Positions 30,010 through 40,112 are shown, counted from the stretch's first letter. The stretch: 64,000 nt of DNA from Calditrichia bacterium (GCA_963777955.1 CAVZSQ010000027.1:22603-86602); one strand, 5' to 3'. The notes: generated by a model from the sequence alone, not told the origin. Numbers and translations are program-made.

Positions 30010-30920
30010 CTATTTGGTCAGGCGGCAAATTAAGGGAAGTTGAAATGTATCCAGATGAACTGCCTGCAACATAGCACCGCGCTCACCAACAAATTCAGAA
30101 ACCACCCCTGCGTCCAGATATTTTTCACGATAACCGATTGGTTGTCCGGTCAAATTAGTAATCAATTCACCTTTTTGGAAAATTTGCAGAGTATCCTGTA
30201 GTTTAAGATTACTTTCCCGTCCGGCATCGATGAATAATTCTCTGCCGTTAACTTTAACCACGTCACAAAGCCAGGGGCGCTTATCCATGAACCGGATAAT
30301 GCGGTTGGTCAGATCAATGACCGCTACGCGGAAGGCATCCATTTCCAGGGATTCATCATACCCACCTTCCTGGCCCATCCCCATAACTTTCTTGAATTCG
30401 CGCTGGGCTGTACCACGGCCGGTTTCAGATAAAATAACTTCACCGCTGCGTAGATCAATGATACGCAGATCAGCCGCCACTTCGGCGTTCTGGACTTTCT
30501 TCTGTGAAAACAGGTCGCTGGAACCGGTTGTGGTCACGGCATAATGGGTAACGGTCCCTGTAATGATATAATCGGCATCCAGAAGTTCCAGTTGTTGTAA
30601 AGTTCCTTCAGTTAGTCCGCTCTGGGACAGCGCTACCTGTTCCACAATCTCATCTATCCGGCTTCGTTCCATCAGAATGAAACGGTTTGTTTGGGATAAT
30701 TCAGTAGATAACACGTCGGTAAGGTGATCGCCCAGGCGCCGCTGACCAAAACGGGTAGCATTCTCGAAGTTAGTGCTACAGCTAGTTTTTTCTTTGCACC
30801 AATATAACCGCTGATCTGATAATTACGTACTACCTGCTGCTGCGGAGTTTTTACCTCCTGATGGGTAGTTGTACAGGCGATCCCCATGATGCAAAATATA
30901 CAAAGCACCACCCTGCTCAT
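30010..30920 (-). CDS. CsgG-family (curli-secretion-channel-like) lipoprotein, interrupted by a frameshift near 30690-30715.
   Basis: ORF 30672..30920 gives a signal peptide and lipobox (GIAC) plus KKKLAVA... ORF 30010..30714 gives the CsgG core (LSTELSQTNRFILMERSRIDEIVEQVALSQSGL...LLDADYIITGTVTHY...). Confidence 0.65.
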
Positions 30921-31133
30921 AAATGCACTCCTTATTATGCCGGAAATTCCGGGAGATACTCCTGCAATCCCCCCGATTATTGCCTATGATCTATAATACA
31001 ATTGAACTAAGGAACTAATGCGATCATGACGCAACTTATTCAGCAATGAAATATTGCTATGCTTAAATCTAATAAAAAATGATCGAGGAGGCGCATATTT
31101 TTTTTATAAATTTCGTCTTATTTTATAAGAGCC

Positions 31134-31724
31134 ATGGTTATATTTGTTGATATGGAATCAGACCTTATAAGCAGATTAAAAGCAGGAGATACGCGTTCAT
31201 TTACCGAACTGGTTGAAGCATATCAGGAACGGGTTATTAATATTTGTTATGCTTTTACTCATAACCGGCAGGATGCGGAGGATGTGGCCCAGGAAGTTTT
31301 TATCGAGATTTTTCAATCAATTCATGATTTCCGCGGCGAGGCTAAATTGGGTACCTGGATAAACCGGATCGCCATTAACCGGTCCTTAGATCTGCTGCGT
31401 AAGAAAAAACGCAAAAAACGGACAGCGCAGTTGCGCAGTCTCTTCGCTCTGGCCGGGTCTGCCGAGGAACCGCCGGCCGAAGCAAATAGTCTGCCCGATT
31501 ACAATGTCGAACAAAAAGAACGGGCACAGATTTTACATAACGCCGTGAAATCGTTGCCGGAAAACCAGGGGATCGCTATCACCTTGAGCAAGTACCAGGG
31601 CTATGATAATTCCGAGATCGCCGAAATCATGAGTATAACACTTTCCGCCGTGGTATCCCTGTTGCACCGGGCCAGAAAAAATCTATATCGCCAATTATAC
31701 CAGTACTATAAAAAAAATATATAG
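31134..31724 (+). CDS. ECF-type RNA polymerase sigma factor.
   Basis: Region 2 (DAEDVAQEVFIEIF, TWINRIAINRSLD) and region 4 (DNSEIAEIMSITLSAVVSLLHRARKNL) are present. The likely start is at 31152 (MESDL...). Confidence 0.8.
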   Translation: MVIFVDMESDLISRLKAGDTRSFTELVEAYQERVINICYAFTHNRQDAEDVAQEVFIEIFQSIHDFRGEAKLGTWINRIAINRSLDLLRKKKRKKRTAQLRSLFALAGSAEEPPAEANSLPDYNVEQKERAQILHNAVKSLPENQGIAITLSKYQGYDNSEIAEIMSITLSAVVSLLHRARKNLYRQLYQYYKKNI

Positions 31725-31782
31725 AGGTGCGCAATTCTTGTTGTACAATTTCGTCTAATAGTAAGTAAATAAGGATGTCGCC

Positions 31783-32121
31783 ATGAACAAAAAAGAAATT
31801 ATCAATCAGGAGGTACAGAAGACACTGGACTGTTTTAAGCAACTGCCAAAACTGCCTGCCGCTCCGTACTTTTATACCCGCCTGCAGGCGAAAATGGATA
31901 GCCGGCACAAGGAAGAAGAAAACCATGGGACTATATTCAGTTCGCGCCTGTGGCGTCCGGCATTAATCGGAATTATAATTGTGTTAAATCTTAGCACGGC
32001 CGTACTGGTTTATTTAAGCAACGGTCAGGGTAAGGATTTTACTGACGATACGCTGACGGTATTAGCCACGGAGTATAACCTGAATCAGGACGACCGTGAC
32101 TTATTTACCGGTAGCAAGTGA
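31783..32121 (+). CDS. Putative membrane-anchored anti-sigma factor (hypothetical, single TM).
   Basis: 112 aa immediately downstream of the ECF sigma gene, with one central TM (ALIGIIIVLNLSTAVLVYL). The assignment rests on position only. Confidence 0.35.
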   Translation: MNKKEIINQEVQKTLDCFKQLPKLPAAPYFYTRLQAKMDSRHKEEENHGTIFSSRLWRPALIGIIIVLNLSTAVLVYLSNGQGKDFTDDTLTVLATEYNLNQDDRDLFTGSK

Positions 32122-32130
32122 GGGAGAGAG

Positions 32131-32698
32131 ATGGATTATTTCAGCAAAAATAAAATTTCGCTGTGGATTATCGTGATCCTGGTATTATTGAATCTGTTCA
32201 CTTTGTCGACGATCTGGTATAACCAATTTCACATTCCGGTCCGGCATCCGCGGGAGGATGTCAGGAACCGGCGCCATGGTGCAAAAGTACTGGAACAGAA
32301 TCTTAACCTGACTGCCGAACAAAGTAAAATATTCGAGGACATCCGCCAGCGGCATTTTACCAGGATGAAGCCATTGCACAGGGAAATATTTTCTATCCGG
32401 CAGGAGTTAATGGACGAAGTGGCTAAAACAGAGCCCGATACGGCACGGATCAGGGAACTGACCAGGCTCATCGGTGAAAAAGAAACCGAACGTGAACGGA
32501 AGTATTGTTGAGCACTTCAGGGAATTGCGATCTGCCTGTACGCCAGAACAGAGAGAAAAATTTGAAATTCTGCTCAGGAAACTGATGGGGCCAGCCCCGG
32601 AAATGTCCGGTCCCCGTCCGGAAAAGCAAGATTTCGGACCCCGTCACGAACCGGGAAATGCTCCCGCTGCGGATGACACTGAGTTTTTCTTCCGGTAA
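32131..32698 (+). CDS. Periplasmic LTXXQ-motif protein (Spy/CpxP-like, PF13801-like), interrupted by a +1 frameshift near 32490-32510.
   Basis: N-terminal TM/signal anchor, then an LTAEQ motif. ORF 32474..32698 continues the family pattern (HFRELRSACTPEQREKFEILLRKLMG) in the next frame. Confidence 0.6.
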
Positions 32699-32771
32699 GA
32701 GATATAAATGAGAAATACTAATCAAGGTCTGATCAGATCGAAATGTAACAAACAAAAATAAAGGAGAAGCT

Positions 32772-33243
32772 ATGAAGCAAACAATCATTTCAACCATTTT
32801 AATCGTGTTCCTGCTGGCAACATTTTGCTGGGCCCAACCGCCGAAACATGAAATGGGCAAAATGGGACCAGGAGTTGATTGATCGACGGCCCTGCTGCGG
32901 CATGGGGTCCCATCAGCAAGGGATGAAGTGTGGAAAGGATATCCCGGATTTAACCGATGAACAGAAGGCACAAATGGAGAAACTGCAGGTTGAACATATG
33001 AAAAGCATGCAACCTTTGCAGAATGAACTGGCTGAAAAACAGGCCCAGTTGCATACGCTGACTACTGCTGCCGAAGTCAGTATGTCACGGATAAATAGTC
33101 TTATCGAAGAAATCGGAAAACTTAAAACCGAAATGATGAAGATACGTGAAAAACATCATCAAGACGTGCGCAAAATACTGAATGAGAAACAACGTCTCTT
33201 TTTCGATAACCAGTCCGGGCCACGACACGGGATGGATGATTAA
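32772..33243 (+). CDS. Second periplasmic LTXXQ-motif (Spy/CpxP-like) protein. Its signal peptide lies in a different frame from the body (+1 frameshift near 32850-32879).
   Basis: A short ORF from 32772 (MKQTIISTILIVFLLATFCWA..., not in the track because it is under 60 aa) encodes a signal peptide. The 32848..33243 body has LTDEQKAQMEKLQVEHMKSMQPLQNELAEKQAQL. Confidence 0.55.
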
Positions 33244-33245
33244 AA

Positions 33246-34952
33246 TTATATCGCCTCCGAGGTGCTTTGCACCTCGGAGATTATATTTATTACCGGCCAG
33301 TAAATTTCAAAGGTCGAACCCTGCCGGGGAGTACTCTCAACCGTAATAAATCCGTTATTCTGCTTCACAATCCCATAAACCATGGATAAACCCAGCCCGG
33401 TCCCTTTTTCTTTAGTAGTAAAAAACGGTTCAAAAATATTATTGAGAATACTTTTGTCGATACCGATACCGGTATCATGGACGGTGAGTAAAATATAACT
33501 GCCTTTTTTGATTTCCGCATAGTTGCCCTGGTACGATTCGTCGACTGTCAGCGGATTGGTTGACATGATTATTAGTTTGGTGGCACTGGGCTCAATATGG
33601 CGTTTGACGGCATCTTTGGCGTTGACAATCAGATTAAGGATGATTTGTTCGAGTTGATTGGGATCAGCTTTTATTTTGGGCAACTCCGGATGCAATTGCA
33701 TTTCCAGAGTGATGTCGGCATCCAGTAAGCGGTACAACATCGTATCTAAATTCGTGATCAGTTGATTGAGATCGACAATTCTGGGTTCAATGATCTGCTT
33801 GCGGCTGAAAGCCAGAATTTGTTGGGTCAGTTTGGTCGCCCTTGTTCCGGCCGCCTGGATGGCCGTCAGGTCTTTTTTTATCTCGGGATCATTTGTCTTA
33901 AGCTTCAGCGAAGCTATTTCACAATGCCCGTTAATTACTGTAAGCAGATTATTGAAATCATGGGCAATGCCGCCGGCCAGTTGCCCCAGCGATTCCATTT
34001 TTTGCGCCTGGATCAGTTGCTCCGTCAGCAGTTTCTTTTCGGTCACATCTCTCATCGAGCCGAATATTTTCAGGGGGATTCCATCGTCGGCCTGTACCAG
34101 AGTTGCATTAATGGACATATAATGTATATCACCCTTTTTATCCAGCATGGGTAGTTCATAATTGCTGATATGGTTATGCTGCAATAATTGGTTCATGAAA
34201 ATTGTATGTTGCTCCGGATTTTGATATAAAGAGATCACTGATCTGTAGATCAATTCGTTCCTGGAATATAACAGTATTTTTTCCAGGGAATAACCGATCT
34301 CTAAAAGGGTGCCATCCGGATTGATTTCAAAATAAATGTCCTGAATATTTTCGAAAATATTCCGGTATTTAATTTCACTCTCTTTGATCCGCCCGATAGT
34401 TTCAAGCATGTTTTCCGTAAGCAGACGAACCATGGTTGCGGTTATCACCACGATCAGGACCCAGATTATAAATTCAGATAATGGATCATCGCCGTAAAAT
34501 TGTATGTAGCCTTTTCTCAGGCGGAAATACTCCACATTGCCTATGGCCACAATGGTGAGAGCAATGAAAAGCAAATAACTTTTTCTGGCCAGCAGCAGAC
34601 TGGCTAAAATAATCATAACCGGAATGGTCAGCGCACTGACGTCATGTATGCCATCTCCTTTATAGACAGAAATGGATATCGCGCACAGTAAACAGATCAG
34701 CGTAATAATACTGGCTAATTGTATTCGGCCCCGGTAGGTCAGGAAGAGCGAAATCAGCACTATCAGGGCAGTGCCGGAAAGGATGTAAAAAGAAATGTAC
34801 CAACTGTTAAGCAGGCAGACGATGATCATTAAAACGCAGGTTATGACCATGAGCACCAGGAAGGTATGCAGTATTAACGCGATGCGATTTTGTTCTTCGT
34901 CAAGTAGATCGGGTCTGGTCAGTATAAATTTTGTCAGCTTGCTAAAATTCAT
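33246..34952 (-). CDS. Membrane-bound PAS sensor histidine kinase.
   Basis: About 5 N-terminal TM segments, a PAS domain, HisKA (HDFNNLLTVINGH), and an HATPase (DTGIGID...GTGLGLSMVYGIV) are present. Confidence 0.85.
   Translation of the reverse strand: MNFSKLTKFILTRPDLLDEEQNRIALILHTFLVLMVITCVLMIIVCLLNSWYISFYILSGTALIVLISLFLTYRGRIQLASIITLICLLCAISISVYKGDGIHDVSALTIPVMIILASLLLARKSYLLFIALTIVAIGNVEYFRLRKGYIQFYGDDPLSEFIIWVLIVVITATMVRLLTENMLETIGRIKESEIKYRNIFENIQDIYFEINPDGTLLEIGYSLEKILLYSRNELIYRSVISLYQNPEQHTIFMNQLLQHNHISNYELPMLDKKGDIHYMSINATLVQADDGIPLKIFGSMRDVTEKKLLTEQLIQAQKMESLGQLAGGIAHDFNNLLTVINGHCEIASLKLKTNDPEIKKDLTAIQAAGTRATKLTQQILAFSRKQIIEPRIVDLNQLITNLDTMLYRLLDADITLEMQLHPELPKIKADPNQLEQIILNLIVNAKDAVKRHIEPSATKLIIMSTNPLTVDESYQGNYAEIKKGSYILLTVHDTGIGIDKSILNNIFEPFFTTKEKGTGLGLSMVYGIVKQNNGFITVESTPRQGSTFEIYWPVINIISEVQSTSEAI
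33250..33285. repeat. Palindromic hairpin element (CTCCGAGGTG-ctttg-CACCTCGGAG), second copy of the REP-like element at 15230-15260. It probably serves as a bidirectional terminator.
   Basis: A 10-bp perfect stem between convergent genes (LTXXQ gene ends 33243, histidine kinase ends 33246). Confidence 0.5.
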
Positions 34953-35035
34953 GCAAATGAACGGTCTTACACTAGGTTTTTCTTTAGACGATTATGTCAA
35001 TATAATCGGCTGATTGAACAACAAAGTTAATTGTT

Positions 35036-36718
35036 TTAACTCTGCGTAGCGCGCTCCAGACGCTTCATAATCGAAAAAATGAACGCGGCCGATAGCAAAC
35101 AACAAATCACAAAAATTGACCATAATACCCATAAAGAGACGGTCCCCCATAAATACCCGCCTAGCAGCAGCAGGTAATTACCTACGCCGGTAGCAGCAAA
35201 CCAACCTCCCTGCATTCTGCCCTTATATTTTGGCGGTGCTACCTTTGCTACAAAAGAAATGCCCATAGGACTGAGAAACAGTTCAGCAATGGTCAGAATA
35301 AAATATGTGGAAATCAACCAGTAAGGAGAAACCAGCATATCGGCAGGAGCTACCTGTCCTGCTAATTCAGCAGGGCTGGCTAATCCTTGCGAACCGATTG
35401 CCAATAAACAAAATGCCCCGCCGGCTGTCAACATTCCCATACCGATTTTACGGGGAGCTGACGGCTCAATCCCTTTCCGATTCAGATAACCAAACAAGGC
35501 CACAACTAATGGGGTCAGGGCCACGATGAAGAAAGGATTAAAATGTTGAAATTTCTGTGGTGTAAACGGATTGACCTCCCCATATGTATTAAAACGCAGA
35601 TAGGTCAGTAAAGCAAAAACCACGGCGAAAATTGCCCCGGCAAAACGCACCGTGGTCGTACTTTTTCTTCTGATTACAAAATAGATTCCAACCAGGGTCA
35701 AGAGAATAGGCAGTAAAGCGAACAGATCAAACCAGATGTTGGTCAACTTTCCGACGCTTGGTTGCGTGTAATCACGGGCAAAATAGGTCATGGTTAATCC
35801 GCTCTGGTGAAAAGACATCCAGAAGAAAATAACCACGAAAAAGACCAGACCAAGCGCGAGGACTCGCTGTTTGATTTGTTCAGCGGTCAGTTCTTCGACT
35901 ATTATAGTAGTGTTTTTTTGCTGGTCTTGCTGATGAGCCATAAAATCCGCATGCTGGTAATATTTCCGGAATCCCCAGAAAATGAGCATCGAAATGATCA
36001 AACTGATGCAGGCCACGCCAAAGCCGTAATGATATGATTTACTCAGCACATTAATATAATTCTCCGAAAATGAAGCCAGGGTTGCCAGGGTCAGCGAGGA
36101 ATCCTGAGCCTGAGCAATGGACAGGTAAGTACTGGTATCGGACAAATTATTTTTCAGGAACTGGTTTGCCAGGGCAGGAATCCGGTTATCATAGAAATAA
36201 TGTGCCTTGGCAAGAATCCAGTTATTTATTACTTCAGCGGCGGTCGGCGCGAACATGGCGCCAATATTAATGCCCATATAAAAAATGCTGAAAGCACGAT
36301 CCCGGTTGGGGCTGTATTGCGGATCATCGTACATCTTACCGACCAGTGCCTGCAGATTTCCTTTAAATAGTCCGGTTCCCAATGCTATCACACCCAGAGC
36401 CGTAAAAACCAGCAGTAGCCCGGAATTCATAGCTGTCGGAGTGGCCAATAACAGATAACCAAGAAACATCACAACCAGACCAATTTTAATAGTCCGGCCA
36501 TAACCAAGAAAGCGATCGGCAATATATCCGCCAAGCAAGGGTAAAAAATAGACGCAGCCCATAAAAATACCGTACACCCAGCCAACGGTTGCTGCAGTCA
36601 TACCATATTTAGTCTGCATAAACAGCACAAAAATGGCAATCATAGTGTAAAATCCGAAACGTTCGCCCATATTCGCAAAGAAAGCAACAAACAATCCCCT
36701 GGGATGATCCTTGAACAT
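35036..36718 (-). CDS. Proton-dependent oligopeptide transporter (POT/PTR2 family, DtpT-like).
   Basis: 560 aa with 12-14 TM. The PTR2 signature region is present (GERFGFYTM...FMGCVYFLPLLGGYIADRFLG). Confidence 0.85.
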   Translation of the reverse strand: MFKDHPRGLFVAFFANMGERFGFYTMIAIFVLFMQTKYGMTAATVGWVYGIFMGCVYFLPLLGGYIADRFLGYGRTIKIGLVVMFLGYLLLATPTAMNSGLLLVFTALGVIALGTGLFKGNLQALVGKMYDDPQYSPNRDRAFSIFYMGINIGAMFAPTAAEVINNWILAKAHYFYDNRIPALANQFLKNNLSDTSTYLSIAQAQDSSLTLATLASFSENYINVLSKSYHYGFGVACISLIISMLIFWGFRKYYQHADFMAHQQDQQKNTTIIVEELTAEQIKQRVLALGLVFFVVIFFWMSFHQSGLTMTYFARDYTQPSVGKLTNIWFDLFALLPILLTLVGIYFVIRRKSTTTVRFAGAIFAVVFALLTYLRFNTYGEVNPFTPQKFQHFNPFFIVALTPLVVALFGYLNRKGIEPSAPRKIGMGMLTAGGAFCLLAIGSQGLASPAELAGQVAPADMLVSPYWLISTYFILTIAELFLSPMGISFVAKVAPPKYKGRMQGGWFAATGVGNYLLLLGGYLWGTVSLWVLWSIFVICCLLSAAFIFSIMKRLERATQS

Positions 36719-36734
36719 GGCAAAACCTCCTGTA

Positions 36735-37454
36735 TTAATTTACTATACTTACCCTGGCACCTTCCACCAGATTATTCTGGCCTCCGACTACAATCGTATC
36801 CCCGCGACTGATACCGTTCAGTACTTCAAGAAATTCACTTGATTGCCGGCCGATAATCACGATGCGCAGATTGGCGACCCCTTTTTTGATCCGGAATACC
36901 CTGGCATGTTTGATGGTGCCCAGCAGAGCAGACCGGGGAACTGTCAGGGCCTCGTCGGGGGTATATGAATTAAAATATACCTGAACGGACTTTCCCTGTT
37001 CAAGCGGGTATTCAGCCTTGTAAGGCACGGCAATCTCTACCGGGTAGGTTCGGGCGACCCTGGCCCTGGGTGCGATTTTGGTTATGCGTCCGGTGAAAAT
37101 ATAGCCTGGATATATCTCGGTAGTTATTTTTACCTCGTCTCCAGGTTTCAGCCTGAACGCTTCCCGTTCAGTGACATTTATCTTGACCTGCACCGTGGAA
37201 TTATCAGCAGGTATAAGTCCTGTTGTTTCGCCTTGCTTTAAGGCATTGATATTGCCCTGGCCTGAACTGACAATTCCACTGAGAGAAAAAATCGTGACGA
37301 GTTTCTGTCTCCGGGCAATAGTGACAGATACGGGTATATCCGTATTGACAGTAGTAAGACGAGTTTTATGCTGGTAATACTGCTGCACAAACCAATAAAT
37401 AAGTATCAGTGTAATAATGCCGGCAATAAAAATCATCAGCCGCTTAAATTTCAT
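36735..37454 (-). CDS. HlyD-like periplasmic adaptor (barrel-sandwich/biotin-lipoyl-like) protein, short form.
   Basis: N-terminal TM anchor, then beta-rich region with weak resemblance to the membrane-fusion-protein family. No adjacent pump. Confidence 0.4.
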   Translation of the reverse strand: MKFKRLMIFIAGIITLILIYWFVQQYYQHKTRLTTVNTDIPVSVTIARRQKLVTIFSLSGIVSSGQGNINALKQGETTGLIPADNSTVQVKINVTEREAFRLKPGDEVKITTEIYPGYIFTGRITKIAPRARVARTYPVEIAVPYKAEYPLEQGKSVQVYFNSYTPDEALTVPRSALLGTIKHARVFRIKKGVANLRIVIIGRQSSEFLEVLNGISRGDTIVVGGQNNLVEGARVSIVN

Positions 37455-37732
37455 GCGAATGTCCCTGCAGAATCTGTTCCTGGTCCAAGCATATCAAAAA
37501 ATTATCAGTAAAAATGTTAAAAGCCAAATGAATTTAATCAGATACACAATTTAAATTGATATCTATTTTTAAAAATTGGTTCCGGGCTTTTTAATACAGC
37601 ATGGGCGGGATCGATTCTTAGTAATCTTCTGCTTAAAACAATTCGGTCCAGACGCCAGCCAGGTCAGTATTCTATTGACATTCAAATTGATTTTTAATAA
37701 ATATATTAATCATACCAACATAGGGGGCTACT

Positions 37733-38800
37733 ATGACCAAACTTACCTTTTTGTTCAGTTTCGCTTTAGTCTTTTTTCCAGCACTCCTTCTGGCTCAAGA
37801 GCAGGCAGCCAAGCCGCTGACCGCCATCAATGTGCATATCCTGGGTCCGCAAAAACTGGGAAATCTTCCGGCAGTGAATGTCCCGCCGGATAACCCGCAA
37901 ACAGCACTGAAAATCCTGCTGGGCAAACAACTGTATTTTGATACCCGTTTATCACAGGACAACACCATCAGTTGTGCCACCTGTCATGATCCCGCCAAAG
38001 GTTGGTCTGATGAAGGACCGACCAGCAAGGGTATCGCCGGACAACTTGGAGGACGCAGATCTCCGCCTGTTTCAAACTCCGCTTACAATCCGCTGCAATT
38101 CTGGGACGGACGGGCACCGAGTCTGGAAGAACAGGCTAAGGGTCCAATCGCCAATCCGATTGAAATGGGTAATACCCATGATGTCATGCTCAAAACCGTT
38201 GATAATATTTCCGGTTATGTAGATGAATTCAAGCATGTCTTTGGAACAGAAAAAGTTACGATTGATCACGTTGCCCAGGCGATTGCCGCTTATGAACGAA
38301 CCGTAGTGACCACCGATTCTCCCTTTGACCGATATGTACGGGGGGATGAGAATGCTTTGACCGCACAGGAAAAAAAGGGCTTAGAAATATTTAATGGCAA
38401 AGGGCATTGTACCGCTTGTCACTGGGGACCAAATTTCAGCGATGGCCGCTTTCATAATCTGGCTGTCACAGAATATGATCCCGCCAAACCGGATGATGGG
38501 CGATATGTGATTACCAAAGATCCGCGCGATAAAGGCGCTTTTAAAACACCGACCGTCCGCGATGCTGCCTTACGGGCACCTTATATGCACAGTGGCACAG
38601 AAAAAACCCTGCGCGATGTCGTGGAATTATATAATGTAGGCGGGCGTACCGCTGATCCAAATCTGGATCCGCTGATTGTTCCACTCGGACTGACTGAAGC
38701 CGAGATAGAGGCACTGGTGGCTTTTATGACCCGGGCCATGACCAGTACCAATCCGGAAGTTGCCAATGTAAAACCGGTTCCGGCAGCAGAATTACCTTAA
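37733..38800 (+). CDS. Di-heme cytochrome c peroxidase (CCP/MauG family).
   Basis: Signal peptide, then two CxxCH motifs (CATCHD and CTACHW) with typical CCP spacing and conserved blocks (FDTRLSQDNTISCATCH, PYMHSG). Confidence 0.9.
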   Translation: MTKLTFLFSFALVFFPALLLAQEQAAKPLTAINVHILGPQKLGNLPAVNVPPDNPQTALKILLGKQLYFDTRLSQDNTISCATCHDPAKGWSDEGPTSKGIAGQLGGRRSPPVSNSAYNPLQFWDGRAPSLEEQAKGPIANPIEMGNTHDVMLKTVDNISGYVDEFKHVFGTEKVTIDHVAQAIAAYERTVVTTDSPFDRYVRGDENALTAQEKKGLEIFNGKGHCTACHWGPNFSDGRFHNLAVTEYDPAKPDDGRYVITKDPRDKGAFKTPTVRDAALRAPYMHSGTEKTLRDVVELYNVGGRTADPNLDPLIVPLGLTEAEIEALVAFMTRAMTSTNPEVANVKPVPAAELP

Positions 38801-38814
38801 TGGAGGACCAGAGT

Positions 38815-40072
38815 ATGAAAAAGTTAACGATCATTATAACCGGCCTGGCTTTTATTCTGCTCTCACTGCCCGGCAGCAGTAATGCTATTCCTGCCTTTGC
38901 CCGGAAATATGGTTTCAATTGCAACATGTGCCATACTGCCTATACTAAATTAAATGATTTTGGACAACGCTACCGGGATAATGGTTATCAAATTCCGGGA
39001 CAGGAAGGAAAAGAGAAAAATGTCTTCGACCTTTCGACGCCGATTGCCATGCGGCTGACTTTAGGATATGATTTCTATGATGCAGATCGTAGAGGTAAAT
39101 CATCGAGTTTCAATCTGTATGGTTTTGATTTTTTGGCTGCCGGGGTACTGCATAAAAACATCTCGTTTCTGCTGATATATACGCCACGGATAGACGAACC
39201 GGCTGCTGACTACAGCGGATCTGATGACGGGGCCAATCCCGCGCAATTGGCCGGATTGGAGTCTGTCAGTTTGATCTTCAGTAATATCGTTCAGGATGCC
39301 CTGAACTTAAGAGTAGGCCGTTTTGAACCTTCCTATCATGCTTTCAGTTCGAAACGTTCATATTATCTGTTTCAACCCTATGAGATCTACACCCTCACCA
39401 CGCCGGCCAATAATTATGTATTTGATGATAACCAGATCGGACTGGAAGCCACCGGCCATTTTCGCAATGGTTTTAAATACGGATTGGGAATTGTCAATGG
39501 CAACGGGGCTAACGCCGACAATAATACCAATAAGGATGTTTACTGTAATTTATCAAAAACATTCGGGGGAGGTGACGGGCAGAGTGCCGGCCAAAGGATC
39601 GGTGCCTTTGGTTATTACGGCTGGGCAGATACAACGATGGGTATGCCTACTCCGACAGGTGCCTTCGATGGCCACGGATCTAAACCGTTCTACCGCTATG
39701 GCCTCAATGGCAGTTTTAATTACTCATCCTGGAATATCCAGTTGTTATACATGCAAGGGTTGGATGATAAAGCCTTCAATCGTATTGATCCTGATAAAAA
39801 CTATGAGTACAGCGGCGGCCTGGTCGAACTTGATTATGCCGGAGCACTTGATAACCGTTTGGTTGCTTCAGTATTATATAATTGGACCAGCTCACCCTCC
39901 GCATATCCGGAGAACCAGATAAATGCCTATTCAGCGCTGGCCAGGTATTACCTGGGCGACTGGACAGCTGTCAATGTCAGCTTTACATGCAGAATTCACT
40001 CACCGGCAGGTAGGGAAAACAGACAAGTTAAAAGAAAATATATTTCTGCTTGCTCTGGATTTTGCTTTCTAG
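38815..40072 (+). CDS. Fused mono-heme cytochrome c / outer-membrane beta-barrel protein (Cyc2-like candidate), with a +1 frameshift near 39985-39995. The corrected C-terminus is ...IFLLALDFAF.
   Basis: Signal peptide (MKKLTIIITGLAFILLSLPGSSNA), then CNMCH (CxxCH) in the first 25 residues of the mature protein, then about 390 aa of alternating amphipathic strands. The ORF-track frame reads through a terminator. The +1 frame ends ...ENIFLLALDFAF* at 40072, just before the terminator. Confidence 0.5.
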
Positions 40073-40073
40073 T

Positions 40074-40112
40074 AAAAAAAAGGGGCACGGTTGTGCCCCT
40101 TTTTCTTATTTT
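40074..40112. terminator. Bidirectional rho-independent terminator (A8-AGGGGCAC-ggtt-GTGCCCCT-T-rich).
   Basis: An 8-bp GC-rich stem flanked by an A-run and a T-run. It sits between the convergent Cyc2-like gene (+) and the KE-rich gene (-). Confidence 0.7.
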
